64,000 nt of DNA from an uncultured Myxococcales bacterium. Lineage in GTDB: Bacteria; Myxococcota_A; Polyangia; GCA-2747355; CAZCFB01. Positions 31,093 to 39,815 of this stretch are shown here, in pieces. Location of the stretch: contig CAZEFW010000002.1 in assembly GCA_964511535.1 (NCBI GenBank), positions 818 to 64,817 on the forward strand, written 5' to 3'. How positions within the stretch are numbered: the stretch's first letter is position 1; the number at the start of each line of letters is the position of its first letter. The notes beneath the pieces were generated by a model, which was not told the origin of the DNA, ran no database searches, and saw only the letters and a list, made by a program, of their open reading frames with translations. A program made the position numbers and the translations under genes.

Positions 31093-31109
31093 GCAGGTTC
31101 GACTCCTGC
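31093..31109 (+). ncRNA. tRNA T-arm mimic (GCAGG-TTCGACT-CCTGC) within the ~480-nt sigma54 leader; candidate Y-RNA/YrlA-like structured RNA module
   Basis: A perfect 5-bp stem with a 7-nt TΨC-like loop TTCGACT. No canonical anticodon or acceptor arms are foldable by eye, so it is not a tRNA gene. Confidence 0.25.
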
Positions 31110-31436
31110 ACTGCAATGGGATGCAGACCCTGGATCACGTCCCGGGGCGAGCGGTTCCCTTGTGGAGGTCGGGCCCACGCGGCAGGGCAGCACCGGAGGA
31201 TCGGGGCTGCAGGCCAGGTGGGCCAGCGTCGCGAGGCGCCAGCAGCGCGCGGATTGAAGCGGCTGCCATCAACCTGCCAGGAGGTTCTGGCAGGGGAGGC
31301 GGTGGCTCGAGCAGCGCTCCGCGCCGGGCAGCGTGACCCCCATGAGGGCGGCGTTGGTACCGGGACACTCGAACCACAGCCCAGCGGGGCTGAAGCGATA
31401 AACGCAACACCAGGACTCCAACGAAAGGAGGACAAC

Positions 31437-32564
31437 ATGTTCAAGCGAGTTCACCTGCGCAGCTGGGAGCGCGGCTTTTTGTTCCAGGACGGCGAGTTTC
31501 GCCGGGTGCTGGAGCCGGGAACGCACTGGCTGTTCGACCCGCTGTTTCGGGCGCGCGTGGACCGCATGTCCATGCGCCAGACCGTGTCGTCGCACGGCGA
31601 GCTTGACCTGTTTGCCCACCAGCTGGAGGGCCGGGAGGATCTGCGCGTGCTGCACCTGACCGACGGCGAGCGCGCCCTGGTGTGGGAGGACGGCCGGTTC
31701 GTGGCCGCGCTGGAGCCGGGCCGGCACCTGATCTGGACCGCCCTGCACGAGGTGCGGGTGGAGGTGGCGCGTCCCGGGGCGGCGACCGAGGAGGGCGCGG
31801 CCGCGGGAGCGCGCTTCGAGCACCCGGAGCTGGCGGCCATCCTGGCGTCTGGACAGGCGCAGGAGGCGCTGGGGGTGCACAATGTGCCGGAGCATTTCTC
31901 GGCGGTGGCCTTCCTGGACGGCAAGTCCATGGGCGTGCTGGGGCAGGGCCGCCACGCGTTCTGGCAGGGGCTGGGGCAGGTGCAGCTGCTGCTGGTGGAC
32001 CGGCGCGAGCTGGTGCTGGACGTTGGGGGGCAGGAGCTGATGACCCGCGACAAGGTGACCCTGCGGCTGAACCTGACCGCCACGATTCGCGTGACCGATC
32101 CGAGCCGGGCCACCGCCGAGGTGAGCGACTTCCGTCAGGCGCTGTACCGCGACGCGCAGCTGGTGCTGCGGGCTGCGGTGGGCGCGCGGGAGCTGGACGA
32201 GCTGCTGGCGGACAAGGACGCCCTGGCGCAGGACATGACCGGGGCGCTGGCGACGCGGGCCGCACAGTACGGCGTGAAGGTGGTGACCCTGGGGATCAAG
32301 GATGTGATCCTGCCGGGTGAGATGAAGGAGCTGATGAACCGCGTCATCGAGGCGCGCAAGGCGGCAGAGGCGGCGGTGATCACCCGGCGCGAGGAGACCG
32401 CTGCCATGCGCAGCCAGGCCAACACGGCCAGGCTGCTGGAGAAGAACGAGGCGCTGATGCGCATGCGCGAGCTGGAGCTGCTGGAGAAGCTGTTCTCCAA
32501 CTCCAACCTGAACGTGGTGCTGGGCGAAAAGGGCCTGGCCGACCGCGTCTTCAACCTGCTGTAG
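31437..32564 (+). CDS. SPFH/band-7 (stomatin/prohibitin-like) domain protein, first gene of rtc operon
   Basis: AAAGGAGG RBS. SPFH core LDGKSMGVLGQGRHAFW...DKVTLRLNLTATIRVTDP, followed by a coiled-coil tail. Confidence 0.7.
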   Translation: MFKRVHLRSWERGFLFQDGEFRRVLEPGTHWLFDPLFRARVDRMSMRQTVSSHGELDLFAHQLEGREDLRVLHLTDGERALVWEDGRFVAALEPGRHLIWTALHEVRVEVARPGAATEEGAAAGARFEHPELAAILASGQAQEALGVHNVPEHFSAVAFLDGKSMGVLGQGRHAFWQGLGQVQLLLVDRRELVLDVGGQELMTRDKVTLRLNLTATIRVTDPSRATAEVSDFRQALYRDAQLVLRAAVGARELDELLADKDALAQDMTGALATRAAQYGVKVVTLGIKDVILPGEMKELMNRVIEARKAAEAAVITRREETAAMRSQANTARLLEKNEALMRMRELELLEKLFSNSNLNVVLGEKGLADRVFNLL

Positions 32565-32577
32565 GGTGGAGGAGATC

Positions 32578-33594
32578 ATGATCCGCATAGATGGTTCCAT
32601 GGGAGAGGGGGGCGGCCAGGTGCTGCGCACCTCCCTCGGCCTGGCGCTGGTCACGGGACAGCCGGTGCGGCTGGAGCAGATCCGCGCGGGGCGGCCGCGG
32701 CCGGGGCTCATGCGCCAGCACCTGACGGCGGCGCGGGCGGCGGCGGAGGTGGGCGGCGGGCGACTGCAGGGCGATGCCATCGGCTCGGGGGAGTTGACCT
32801 TCAACCCGGGGCGCGTTCAGCCGGGGCGCTACCGGTTCGCCGTGGGCACGGCGGGCAGCGCCACGCTGGTGCTGCAGACGGTCTTGCCGGCGCTGCTGAC
32901 GGCGGACGGGCCGTCGGAGCTGGAGCTGGAGGGGGGGACGCACAACGCCTGGGCGCCGCCGTTCGACTTCCTGCAGCGGGTGTTTCTGCCCCTGGCGGGG
33001 CGCATGGGCGCGCGGGTGGAGGTGAAGCTGGAGCGCCCCGGGTTCTACCCGGCGGGCGGGGGCCTGTTCACGGCCCGGGTGACGCCGGTGGAGGCGTGGT
33101 CGCGGCTGGAGCTGATGGAGCGTGGCTCGCTGGTGTCGCGGCGGGTGCGGGCGCTGGTGGCGCGGCTGCCGGCCCACATCGGCCACCGCGAGCTGGCCGT
33201 GATGCAGGACCTGCTAGGCCTGCCCGGCGACGAGCTGGAGGTGCAGGAGATGGAGGACTCGCGCGGCCCGGGCAACATGGTCTCGCTGGAGCTGGAGTAC
33301 GACCGGGTCACCGAGCTGTTCTGCGGCTTCGGCGAGAAGGGCAAGCCGGCCGAGCGGGTGGCCCGCGAGGTGGTCAAGCAGGTCAAGCGGTACATGGCCT
33401 GCTCGGCGCCGGTGGGGCGGCACCTGGCGGATCAGCTGCTGGTGCCCATGGCCCTGGCCGGGGGCGGCGTGTTCCGCACCCTGGCGCTGACCCGCCACAC
33501 CACCACCAACATGGAGGTGGTGCGGCGCTTTGTTGAGGTGAACATCACCGCCGAGGAGCGGGCCCACGACGACGTCGTGGTGACCGTGGCCTGA
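32578..33594 (+). CDS. rtcA: RNA 3'-terminal phosphate cyclase RtcA
   Basis: IDGSMGEGGGQVLRTSLGLALVTGQPVRL is the RtcA signature. GGAGGAG RBS. Confidence 0.9.
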   Translation: MIRIDGSMGEGGGQVLRTSLGLALVTGQPVRLEQIRAGRPRPGLMRQHLTAARAAAEVGGGRLQGDAIGSGELTFNPGRVQPGRYRFAVGTAGSATLVLQTVLPALLTADGPSELELEGGTHNAWAPPFDFLQRVFLPLAGRMGARVEVKLERPGFYPAGGGLFTARVTPVEAWSRLELMERGSLVSRRVRALVARLPAHIGHRELAVMQDLLGLPGDELEVQEMEDSRGPGNMVSLELEYDRVTELFCGFGEKGKPAERVAREVVKQVKRYMACSAPVGRHLADQLLVPMALAGGGVFRTLALTRHTTTNMEVVRRFVEVNITAEERAHDDVVVTVA

Positions 33595-33612
33595 CGGCAG
33601 GAGGATATCGAC

Positions 33613-34992
33613 ATGAAGCCGAAGGAGATCATGGCGCTGGGGGTGCCCAAGGGCAAGGCGTGCAAGGCGGTGCTCAAGGCCATGGCCGCGCTGGCCGAGG
33701 TGGGCATCGCGGGGGACGAGCTGCGGCGGGTGCTGGCGGAGATGGCCCGGGACCCGGACGCGTTTCTGGACCACCCCCAGCTGGGGGCGGCGGCGGAGGC
33801 CGTACGCGCCACGCCTGTGTTCACGCCGCGGGACGCGCCCGCGCCGTGGCGTCAGTGGGGCGAGGACCTGGACGACAACGCCATAAAGCAGCTGCACCAG
33901 GCGTGCTCGCTGCCGGTGTCGGTGGCCGGGGCGCTGATGCCCGACGCGCACATGGGCTACGGGCTGCCCATCGGCGGCGTGCTGGCCACCCGGGGGGCGG
34001 TGATCCCGTACGCCGTGGGCATGGACATCGCCTGCCGCATGCGTCTGTCGGTGCTCGACTGGCCGGTGGAGGCGCTGGACCGGCGGCAGGAGCCGCTCAT
34101 CGAGGCGGTGCAGCAGGAGACCCGCTTCGGCGTGGGCGCCAGCTTCAAGGGCGGGACCCGGCGTGACCACGCCGTGATGCAGGAGGACTGGTCGTTCCTG
34201 CCCCTGCTGAAGGCGAACCGGGACCAGGCGTGGGCCCAGCTGGGCAGCTCCGGGTCGGGCAACCACTTCGTGGAGTACGGCGAGCTCACCGTCGACGAGG
34301 CGGACGGGCCGCTGGGCCTGGAGCCCGGGGTCTACCTGGCGCTGCTGTCCCACTCGGGCAGCCGGGGCATGGGCGCCAAGATCGCTGATCACTTCAGCAA
34401 GCTGGCGGTCAAGCGCCACCCGGAGCTGCCGCGGGAGCTGCAGCGGCTGGCGTGGCTCGACCTGGACAGCGAGGACGGCCAGGCCTACTGGGCGGCCATG
34501 GAGCTCATGGGCCGCTACGCCGCGGCAAACCACGAGCTGATCCACCGCCATGTGCTGCAGGCGCTGGGCGCCGAGGCGGTGGCGTCGGTGGAGAACCACC
34601 ACAACTTCGCCTGGCTCGAGGAGCATGGCGGGGAGCAGGTGGTGGTGCACCGTAAGGGCGCCACGCCGGCGGGGGAGGGCGTGCTCGGGGTGATCCCCGG
34701 GTCCATGGGTACGGCGGGGTACGTGGTGCGGGGCTTGGGTGAGCCCGCGTCGCTGAACTCGGCGAGCCACGGCGCGGGGCGGGCCATGAGCCGCAAGGAG
34801 GCCAAGCGGCGGTTCAAGTGGGCCCAGGCGCGCAAGCTCCTGGCCAGCCGCAAGGTGCACCTGATCTCGGGCGGGCTGGACGAGGTGCCCATGGCCTACA
34901 AGAAGATCGAGCAGGTCATGGCGGCCCAGCGCGACCTGGTGCAGCCGGTGGCGCGCTTCGACCCGCGGCTGGTGAAGATGGCCGGGGGGTGA
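33613..34992 (+). CDS. rtcB: RNA-splicing ligase RtcB (3'-phosphate/5'-hydroxyl ligase)
   Basis: SGSGNHFVEYGEL, ENHHNFAW, HGAGRAMSR and C-terminal PVARFDPRLV are conserved RtcB blocks. AGGAGG RBS. Confidence 0.9.
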   Translation: MKPKEIMALGVPKGKACKAVLKAMAALAEVGIAGDELRRVLAEMARDPDAFLDHPQLGAAAEAVRATPVFTPRDAPAPWRQWGEDLDDNAIKQLHQACSLPVSVAGALMPDAHMGYGLPIGGVLATRGAVIPYAVGMDIACRMRLSVLDWPVEALDRRQEPLIEAVQQETRFGVGASFKGGTRRDHAVMQEDWSFLPLLKANRDQAWAQLGSSGSGNHFVEYGELTVDEADGPLGLEPGVYLALLSHSGSRGMGAKIADHFSKLAVKRHPELPRELQRLAWLDLDSEDGQAYWAAMELMGRYAAANHELIHRHVLQALGAEAVASVENHHNFAWLEEHGGEQVVVHRKGATPAGEGVLGVIPGSMGTAGYVVRGLGEPASLNSASHGAGRAMSRKEAKRRFKWAQARKLLASRKVHLISGGLDEVPMAYKKIEQVMAAQRDLVQPVARFDPRLVKMAGG

Positions 34993-35080
34993 TCTTTGCA
35001 CCTCCCCGGATCATGGCGAATGCTTTGGTTTGAAAAAAGGACCTTTGGCAATGGCGCATTGATTCGGGGAGGCGTGGTTC

Positions 35081-36286
35081 ATGACTCGTGGATGGGTAGC
35101 TTTGTGTTGGGCGGTTCTTGTCGTTGGCTGCAGCGACGACGGGGAACCGCTGCTGGATGCGTCGGCGGATGCTTCGCTGGACGCCGGGGTGGATCTTGCC
35201 AGGGACTCCGCGCGGTCTGATGCCGCCCCGGTGGACCAGGCCCTGATGGACGCGGCGGCGCCGGACATGGCCTCGCCGGACATGTCCGCGCCGGATCTGG
35301 CGGCAGCCGATCTGAAGGCGCCGGACCAGAAGGTCCCGGACATGCTGTCGCCGGATCAGCTCGTTCCGGATCAGCTCGTTCTGGATCAGCTCGTTCCGGA
35401 TCAGCTCGTTCCGGATCAGCTCGTTCCGGATCAGGCTGTGCCGGACATGATGGTCCCGGATCAGATGGCGCCCGACATGTCCTCGCCTGCCCCGGACGCC
35501 GGAGGCTCGGGCTACGCGGCCGCCGTTCTGGCGGACAACCCGGAGGCGTACTACCGGCTCAACGAGACGGGCAACCCGGCGCTGTTGAAGGACGCCACCG
35601 GCAACGGCTGGAACATCGGCGCCTCGGGGGCCCATACCGGCGAGATCATCAACAAGCCCAGCTTCAACGTCGCCGGGCTGGTCCCCGGCGATGCCACGAC
35701 GGCCATGGAGCTGGCGGCGCCGGTGAACCAGCATGTGCACCGGGCGCTGGGGCCAGGGCTCCGGCCCACGGGCGCGGCGTCCATCGAGCTGCTGTTCCGA
35801 TTCCCGGGGGCGGTGCCCAAGTCGAGCCACCACGTGATGGCCGCCATCGTGCCCCAGGGCGCCCACAAGAACGGCCGCGGCATCGGGGTGCACTACCACA
35901 CCTCCACGGGCAAGGTTCACATGCGCAAGGGGTACGGCGTGACCTGGGAGACCATCGACTCCGGCACCATGACCTTCAAGGCGGACCAGACCTACCATGT
36001 CGTCGCCACTGTCAGCGCGGCGGGCAGCATGCGGCTGTACATCGACGGCCTCCTGGTGGGCAGCAAGGCCAGCACCCTCAAGCCTGTCTGGAAAGATGGT
36101 TGCTGCTACCCCAGCCCCGGGCAGCTGTTCATCGGCGCCGACAAGGTGGACAGCGGCACTGCGCCCGCGGGGAACAAGCAGAGCGCGGGCAACAAGGGGT
36201 TCTTCACCGGCATCATCGACGAGGTGGCCATCTACGACAAGGCGCTGACCGCCGCCCAGGTCGCCGCGCACCACAAGCAGCTTTGA
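35081..36286 (+). CDS. lipoprotein with low-complexity (PDQLV)n linker and C-terminal LamG/concanavalin-like domain
   Basis: Lipobox VVGCS. LamG-like blocks ELLFRFPG...TYHVVATVSAAGSMRLYIDG...FFTGIIDEVAIYDKAL. Confidence 0.6.
   Translation: MTRGWVALCWAVLVVGCSDDGEPLLDASADASLDAGVDLARDSARSDAAPVDQALMDAAAPDMASPDMSAPDLAAADLKAPDQKVPDMLSPDQLVPDQLVLDQLVPDQLVPDQLVPDQAVPDMMVPDQMAPDMSSPAPDAGGSGYAAAVLADNPEAYYRLNETGNPALLKDATGNGWNIGASGAHTGEIINKPSFNVAGLVPGDATTAMELAAPVNQHVHRALGPGLRPTGAASIELLFRFPGAVPKSSHHVMAAIVPQGAHKNGRGIGVHYHTSTGKVHMRKGYGVTWETIDSGTMTFKADQTYHVVATVSAAGSMRLYIDGLLVGSKASTLKPVWKDGCCYPSPGQLFIGADKVDSGTAPAGNKQSAGNKGFFTGIIDEVAIYDKALTAAQVAAHHKQL
35321..35470 (+). repeat. 15-bp tandem repeat (ccggatcagctcgtt, ~6 perfect/near-perfect units plus diverged flanking copies) inside CDS
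   Basis: Direct reading of 35351-35440. It encodes the (PDQLV)n linker. Confidence 0.8.
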
Positions 36287-36298
36287 CACCGGCCCCCG

Positions 36299-37063
36299 TC
36301 AGGGGGGCGAGGGGGCGCGCTGGCCTTTGGCCCCTGCCGGGGCTGTCTTGTTTGGCCGGCGTTTGCCCCTGGCCTTGAGCCGCTTCGCCGGGGTGACGAG
36401 CCTCAGCACCACCGCCGCGGTGTCGCGGTCGGCGTCGCCGGTGTTCATCACCAGCGCCAGGGTCTGGCCGTCGGGGGACAGCTGCCCTGACTTGAGGGAC
36501 ATCACCGACCAGGAGGGGATGCCGGTGTGGCTGTTGATGGCGGGCCGCTGGCGAAGGACCTGCTGCCGGGTGGCTACCTGGCGCCCTGCGCGCTTGACCT
36601 GCCAGGTGCGCACCACCCGCCTCGACTCCTTGCCGGTCAGCCCGTCGCGATCCGCGGGCAGCTCGGGTCGCGGCCCGCGCTCGCGGAAGGTGACCTCCAG
36701 CTCCTTGATGGCGGACAACGCCTTGCCCGGCCGCGGCCCGTAGCGGCGCAGCAGCTTGCGGCGGCGGCGCTTTCCGGCGGCCTCCGAAACGATGATTTTG
36801 GTCTCTCCGGTGGCCGGGTCCTCCTGGTGCGCCACGACGGTTACGCGCCGGAGCACCTTGCCGCTGCGGGCCGAGTAGACCACCAGCCGTACGTGGCCGC
36901 CGCCGATGTGCCCCCGGGTGAAGCTCTCCTCGTAGACCACGCGGTGGCCGTCGGCCGAGAAGCCGACGACCCTGAACTCCAGCTCGTCGTCATCGTAGGC
37001 GCGGGCGGCGCCCGGGACGAAGAGGGTCAGGGCCAGGGGCAGCCACAGGCGCGCCGATCTCAT
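36299..37063 (-). CDS. secreted hypothetical protein
   Basis: Signal [22 protein letters not shown]. Its start is 30 nt from the divergent 37093 gene. Confidence 0.45.
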   Translation of the reverse strand: MRSARLWLPLALTLFVPGAARAYDDDELEFRVVGFSADGHRVVYEESFTRGHIGGGHVRLVVYSARSGKVLRRVTVVAHQEDPATGETKIIVSEAAGKRRRRKLLRRYGPRPGKALSAIKELEVTFRERGPRPELPADRDGLTGKESRRVVRTWQVKRAGRQVATRQQVLRQRPAINSHTGIPSWSVMSLKSGQLSPDGQTLALVMNTGDADRDTAAVVLRLVTPAKRLKARGKRRPNKTAPAGAKGQRAPSPP

Positions 37064-37092
37064 GATTCCTCCATGCCCTATAATGTACCGCC

Positions 37093-38727
37093 ATGGCCAC
37101 CGGAATCTCTCGCTCCGTCCTCTGCTCGCTCCTGACCATCGCCGCGCTCGTCGCCTGCAGCGACGACGGCACATGCCCCGTGACGCCGGACAGCGCCCTG
37201 CCAGCGGACAGCGCGCCGTTGCCGGACACCGCGCCGCCGCCGGACAGCGAGCCGCCGCCGGACACCGCGCCGCCGCCGGACACCGCGCCGCCGCCGGACA
37301 CCACCGTGGACGCGTTCGTCTGCCCCGCCGGGGGAACGCTCTGTCAGGGCAAGTGCGTGGACCTCAAGACAGACAACAACAATTGCGGCGCGTGCGCGGC
37401 GGCGTGCAAGGCAGGGGAGGTGTGCTCGTCGGGCAAGTGCGCGCTGTCGTGCCAGAGCGGGCTGACCGACTGCGCGGGCAAGTGCGTGGACCTCAAGGCC
37501 GACGCCAAGCACTGCGGCGGCTGCGCCAAGGCGTGCAAGGCGGGGGAGCTGTGCTCGTCGGGGCAGTGCGCGCTGTCGTGCCAGAGCGGGCTGGCCAACT
37601 GCGCGGGCAAGTGCGTGGACCTTCAGGCGGACAACGGCAACTGCGGCGGCTGCGCCAAGGCGTGCAAGGCGGGGGAGGTGTGCTCGTCAGGCAAGTGCGC
37701 GCTGTCGTGCCAGAGCGGGCTGGCCGACTGCGCGGGCAAGTGCGTGGACCTTCAGGCGGACAACGGCAACTGCGGCGGCTGCGCCAAGGCGTGCAAAGCT
37801 GGAGAGGTGTGCACGTCGGGCAAGTGCGCGCTGTCATGCCAGAGCGGGCTGACCGACTGCGCGGGCAAGTGCGTGGACCTGAAGATCGACCCTTACAACT
37901 GCGGCAAGTGCGGCGCCTCGTGCAACGGCGCCACCTTCCTCTGCTGCGGCGGGGCGTGCAAGGATCCCATCTCGGACGTCAACAACTGCGGCGGCTGCGG
38001 CTTCGGCTGCAAGCCGGGCGAGAAGTGCGGCGCGGGCAAGTGCGCGGCGGCGAAGTGCGGCGGCGCGGCCAGCGACCCGGGCAAGTCCTGCCTCGACCTG
38101 CTCAAGCGCGGCTGCTCCAAGGGGAGCGGCATCTACTGGGTCGATCCGGATGGCGGGAGCACCAGCAACGCGTTCTCCACCCACTGCGACATGACCACCG
38201 ACGGCGGCGGCTGGACCCGCGTCTCGCTGACCATCGCCCGCCAGAGCCTGGGCGGCGCCATGAAGGTGCACCAGGGCAGCGCCAACAGCGGCTTCGACGC
38301 CTACCACCGCCCCTGGACGCGGGACGGCTCGGGTGAGCACTCGGCCCGCTACACCATCAACTATGCGCCGGGCTACAGCGCGTTCTACCTGTCGGGCTAC
38401 GCGGCGCGGGCCAACGCGGGCTCCAGCTACAAGTCGGACATGAACGCCAGCTCGTTCTTCCAGAAGACCTGGAGCAAGTCCCACGGCAGCTCCTGGGGGG
38501 ACATCTCCTTCGGCTCGCCGGCGGACGCCGGCCCGGTCACCAGCTTCGCTCGGTTCGCGAAGAGCCCGGGGCTTCAGTGCCAGAGCTGCACGGTGAAGTG
38601 GACCAAGAACAACACCATCTACAAGGTGAGCGTGGCGTCCACGGTGTTCCGAATGGACTGGGGCGAAGGCGGCAGCGAGCACGAGGGGTGGTACCCGTGG
38701 TGGTCGGGCTACATCTACCTGCGATGA
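37093..38727 (+). CDS. lipoprotein with (PDTAPP)n linker, five ~40-aa Cys-rich repeats and C-terminal fibrinogen-related domain
   Basis: Lipobox LVACS. Five copies of the repeat [43 protein letters not shown]. [45 protein letters not shown] matches the FReD core CDMxTDGGGWTV. Confidence 0.7.
   Translation: MATGISRSVLCSLLTIAALVACSDDGTCPVTPDSALPADSAPLPDTAPPPDSEPPPDTAPPPDTAPPPDTTVDAFVCPAGGTLCQGKCVDLKTDNNNCGACAAACKAGEVCSSGKCALSCQSGLTDCAGKCVDLKADAKHCGGCAKACKAGELCSSGQCALSCQSGLANCAGKCVDLQADNGNCGGCAKACKAGEVCSSGKCALSCQSGLADCAGKCVDLQADNGNCGGCAKACKAGEVCTSGKCALSCQSGLTDCAGKCVDLKIDPYNCGKCGASCNGATFLCCGGACKDPISDVNNCGGCGFGCKPGEKCGAGKCAAAKCGGAASDPGKSCLDLLKRGCSKGSGIYWVDPDGGSTSNAFSTHCDMTTDGGGWTRVSLTIARQSLGGAMKVHQGSANSGFDAYHRPWTRDGSGEHSARYTINYAPGYSAFYLSGYAARANAGSSYKSDMNASSFFQKTWSKSHGSSWGDISFGSPADAGPVTSFARFAKSPGLQCQSCTVKWTKNNTIYKVSVASTVFRMDWGEGGSEHEGWYPWWSGYIYLR
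37348..37885 (+). repeat. ~120-bp near-identical tandem repeats (about 4.5 copies) inside CDS
   Basis: Copies 3 and 4 (37561-37800) differ at only a few positions. Confidence 0.8.
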
Positions 38728-38749
38728 GGCAACCTGAGGGAGGCTCCCG

Positions 38750-39811
38750 ATGAACGCCACCGTGCTGGGCGCCCTGGTGCGCGCCGCGGCGTCCCCGCTT
38801 GCCCTGGGCGCAGGGGCGCCGCCGGCCAACGACGAGGGGGTCTCGCTGGACGCGGACTTCCACGCGCTGGCCGTGGCCCACCGGCGCCTCGGCCTGCCCG
38901 GGCTGGGCAGCGCCTCGCCGGCCGCCGCGCGGCGGGTGTTGGATCTCATCGGCCGCACCATGGGGCCGCGCCAGCCGCCGCCCATGGCGCGGGTGGAGGA
39001 CAGGACCCTCGCCCTGACGCCGCGCGATGTGCCGGTGCGCGTCTACACTCCGGCCGAGGCGTGCGCCGGGCTGATGGTCTACCTGCACGGCGGCGGCTTC
39101 ACCATCGGCGGCCTGGCCTCCTACGACGGTGTCTGCCGGCTGCTGGCCGGGATCGCCGGGTGCGTGGTGGTGTCGGTGGACTACGCCCTGGCGCCGGAGC
39201 ACCCGTTCCCCGCGGCGGTGCAGGACACGCAGGGCGCCTTCCAGTGGGCGGCGGATCACCGGGAGACGCTGGCCGGGCCGGGGGCGCCGCTGGTCCTGTG
39301 CGGCGACAGCGCCGGCGGCACCCTGACCGCGGTGATCTGCCAGCAACAGCTCGCGGCTGGCCGCGCGCTGCCCGACCTGCAGGTGCCGATCTACCCGGCC
39401 ACGGATCTGACCTGCTCGGCGCCCTCGCACGACCTGTTCGCCAGCGGCTTCCCGCTGGACCGCGCCGCCATGGACTTCTTCCTCGGCTGCTACCTCCCCC
39501 CGGGCCAGGACCGCCGCGACCCACGGGTTTCGCCGCTGTTCGCCGAGGATCTTCGTGGGCTGCCACCCACCATCCTGGTCACCGCCGGCCACGACATGCT
39601 GCGCGACGAGGGGCGGCAGTACGCCGCGAGGCTCCAGACCGCGGGCGTGGAGCTGATCCACATCGAGCACGCCTCCCTGCCGCACGGCTTCGTCAACGCC
39701 CCGGGCGTGGTGCCCGCCGGCCAGCGGGCCATGGAAGCGCTGGCCGAGCTCATCGGCAAGGCGACCGCCAATATAAAATGTCAAGTGGTGGGGTCAGACC
39801 CCCCTACTTGA
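38750..39811 (+). CDS. alpha/beta-hydrolase fold-3 esterase/lipase (HSL family)
   Basis: HGGGF oxyanion motif, GDSAGG nucleophile elbow, C-terminal HxF. Confidence 0.75.
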   Translation: MNATVLGALVRAAASPLALGAGAPPANDEGVSLDADFHALAVAHRRLGLPGLGSASPAAARRVLDLIGRTMGPRQPPPMARVEDRTLALTPRDVPVRVYTPAEACAGLMVYLHGGGFTIGGLASYDGVCRLLAGIAGCVVVSVDYALAPEHPFPAAVQDTQGAFQWAADHRETLAGPGAPLVLCGDSAGGTLTAVICQQQLAAGRALPDLQVPIYPATDLTCSAPSHDLFASGFPLDRAAMDFFLGCYLPPGQDRRDPRVSPLFAEDLRGLPPTILVTAGHDMLRDEGRQYAARLQTAGVELIHIEHASLPHGFVNAPGVVPAGQRAMEALAELIGKATANIKCQVVGSDPPT

Positions 39812-39815
39812 CATT

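Noticed and set aside
31092-31120. Possible tRNA gene suggested by a GGTTCGACTCC-like T-loop
   Set aside because: No 7-bp acceptor stem complement and no canonical 5-bp anticodon stem with 7-nt loop can be formed upstream. It is treated as a tRNA-like module, not a tRNA gene.
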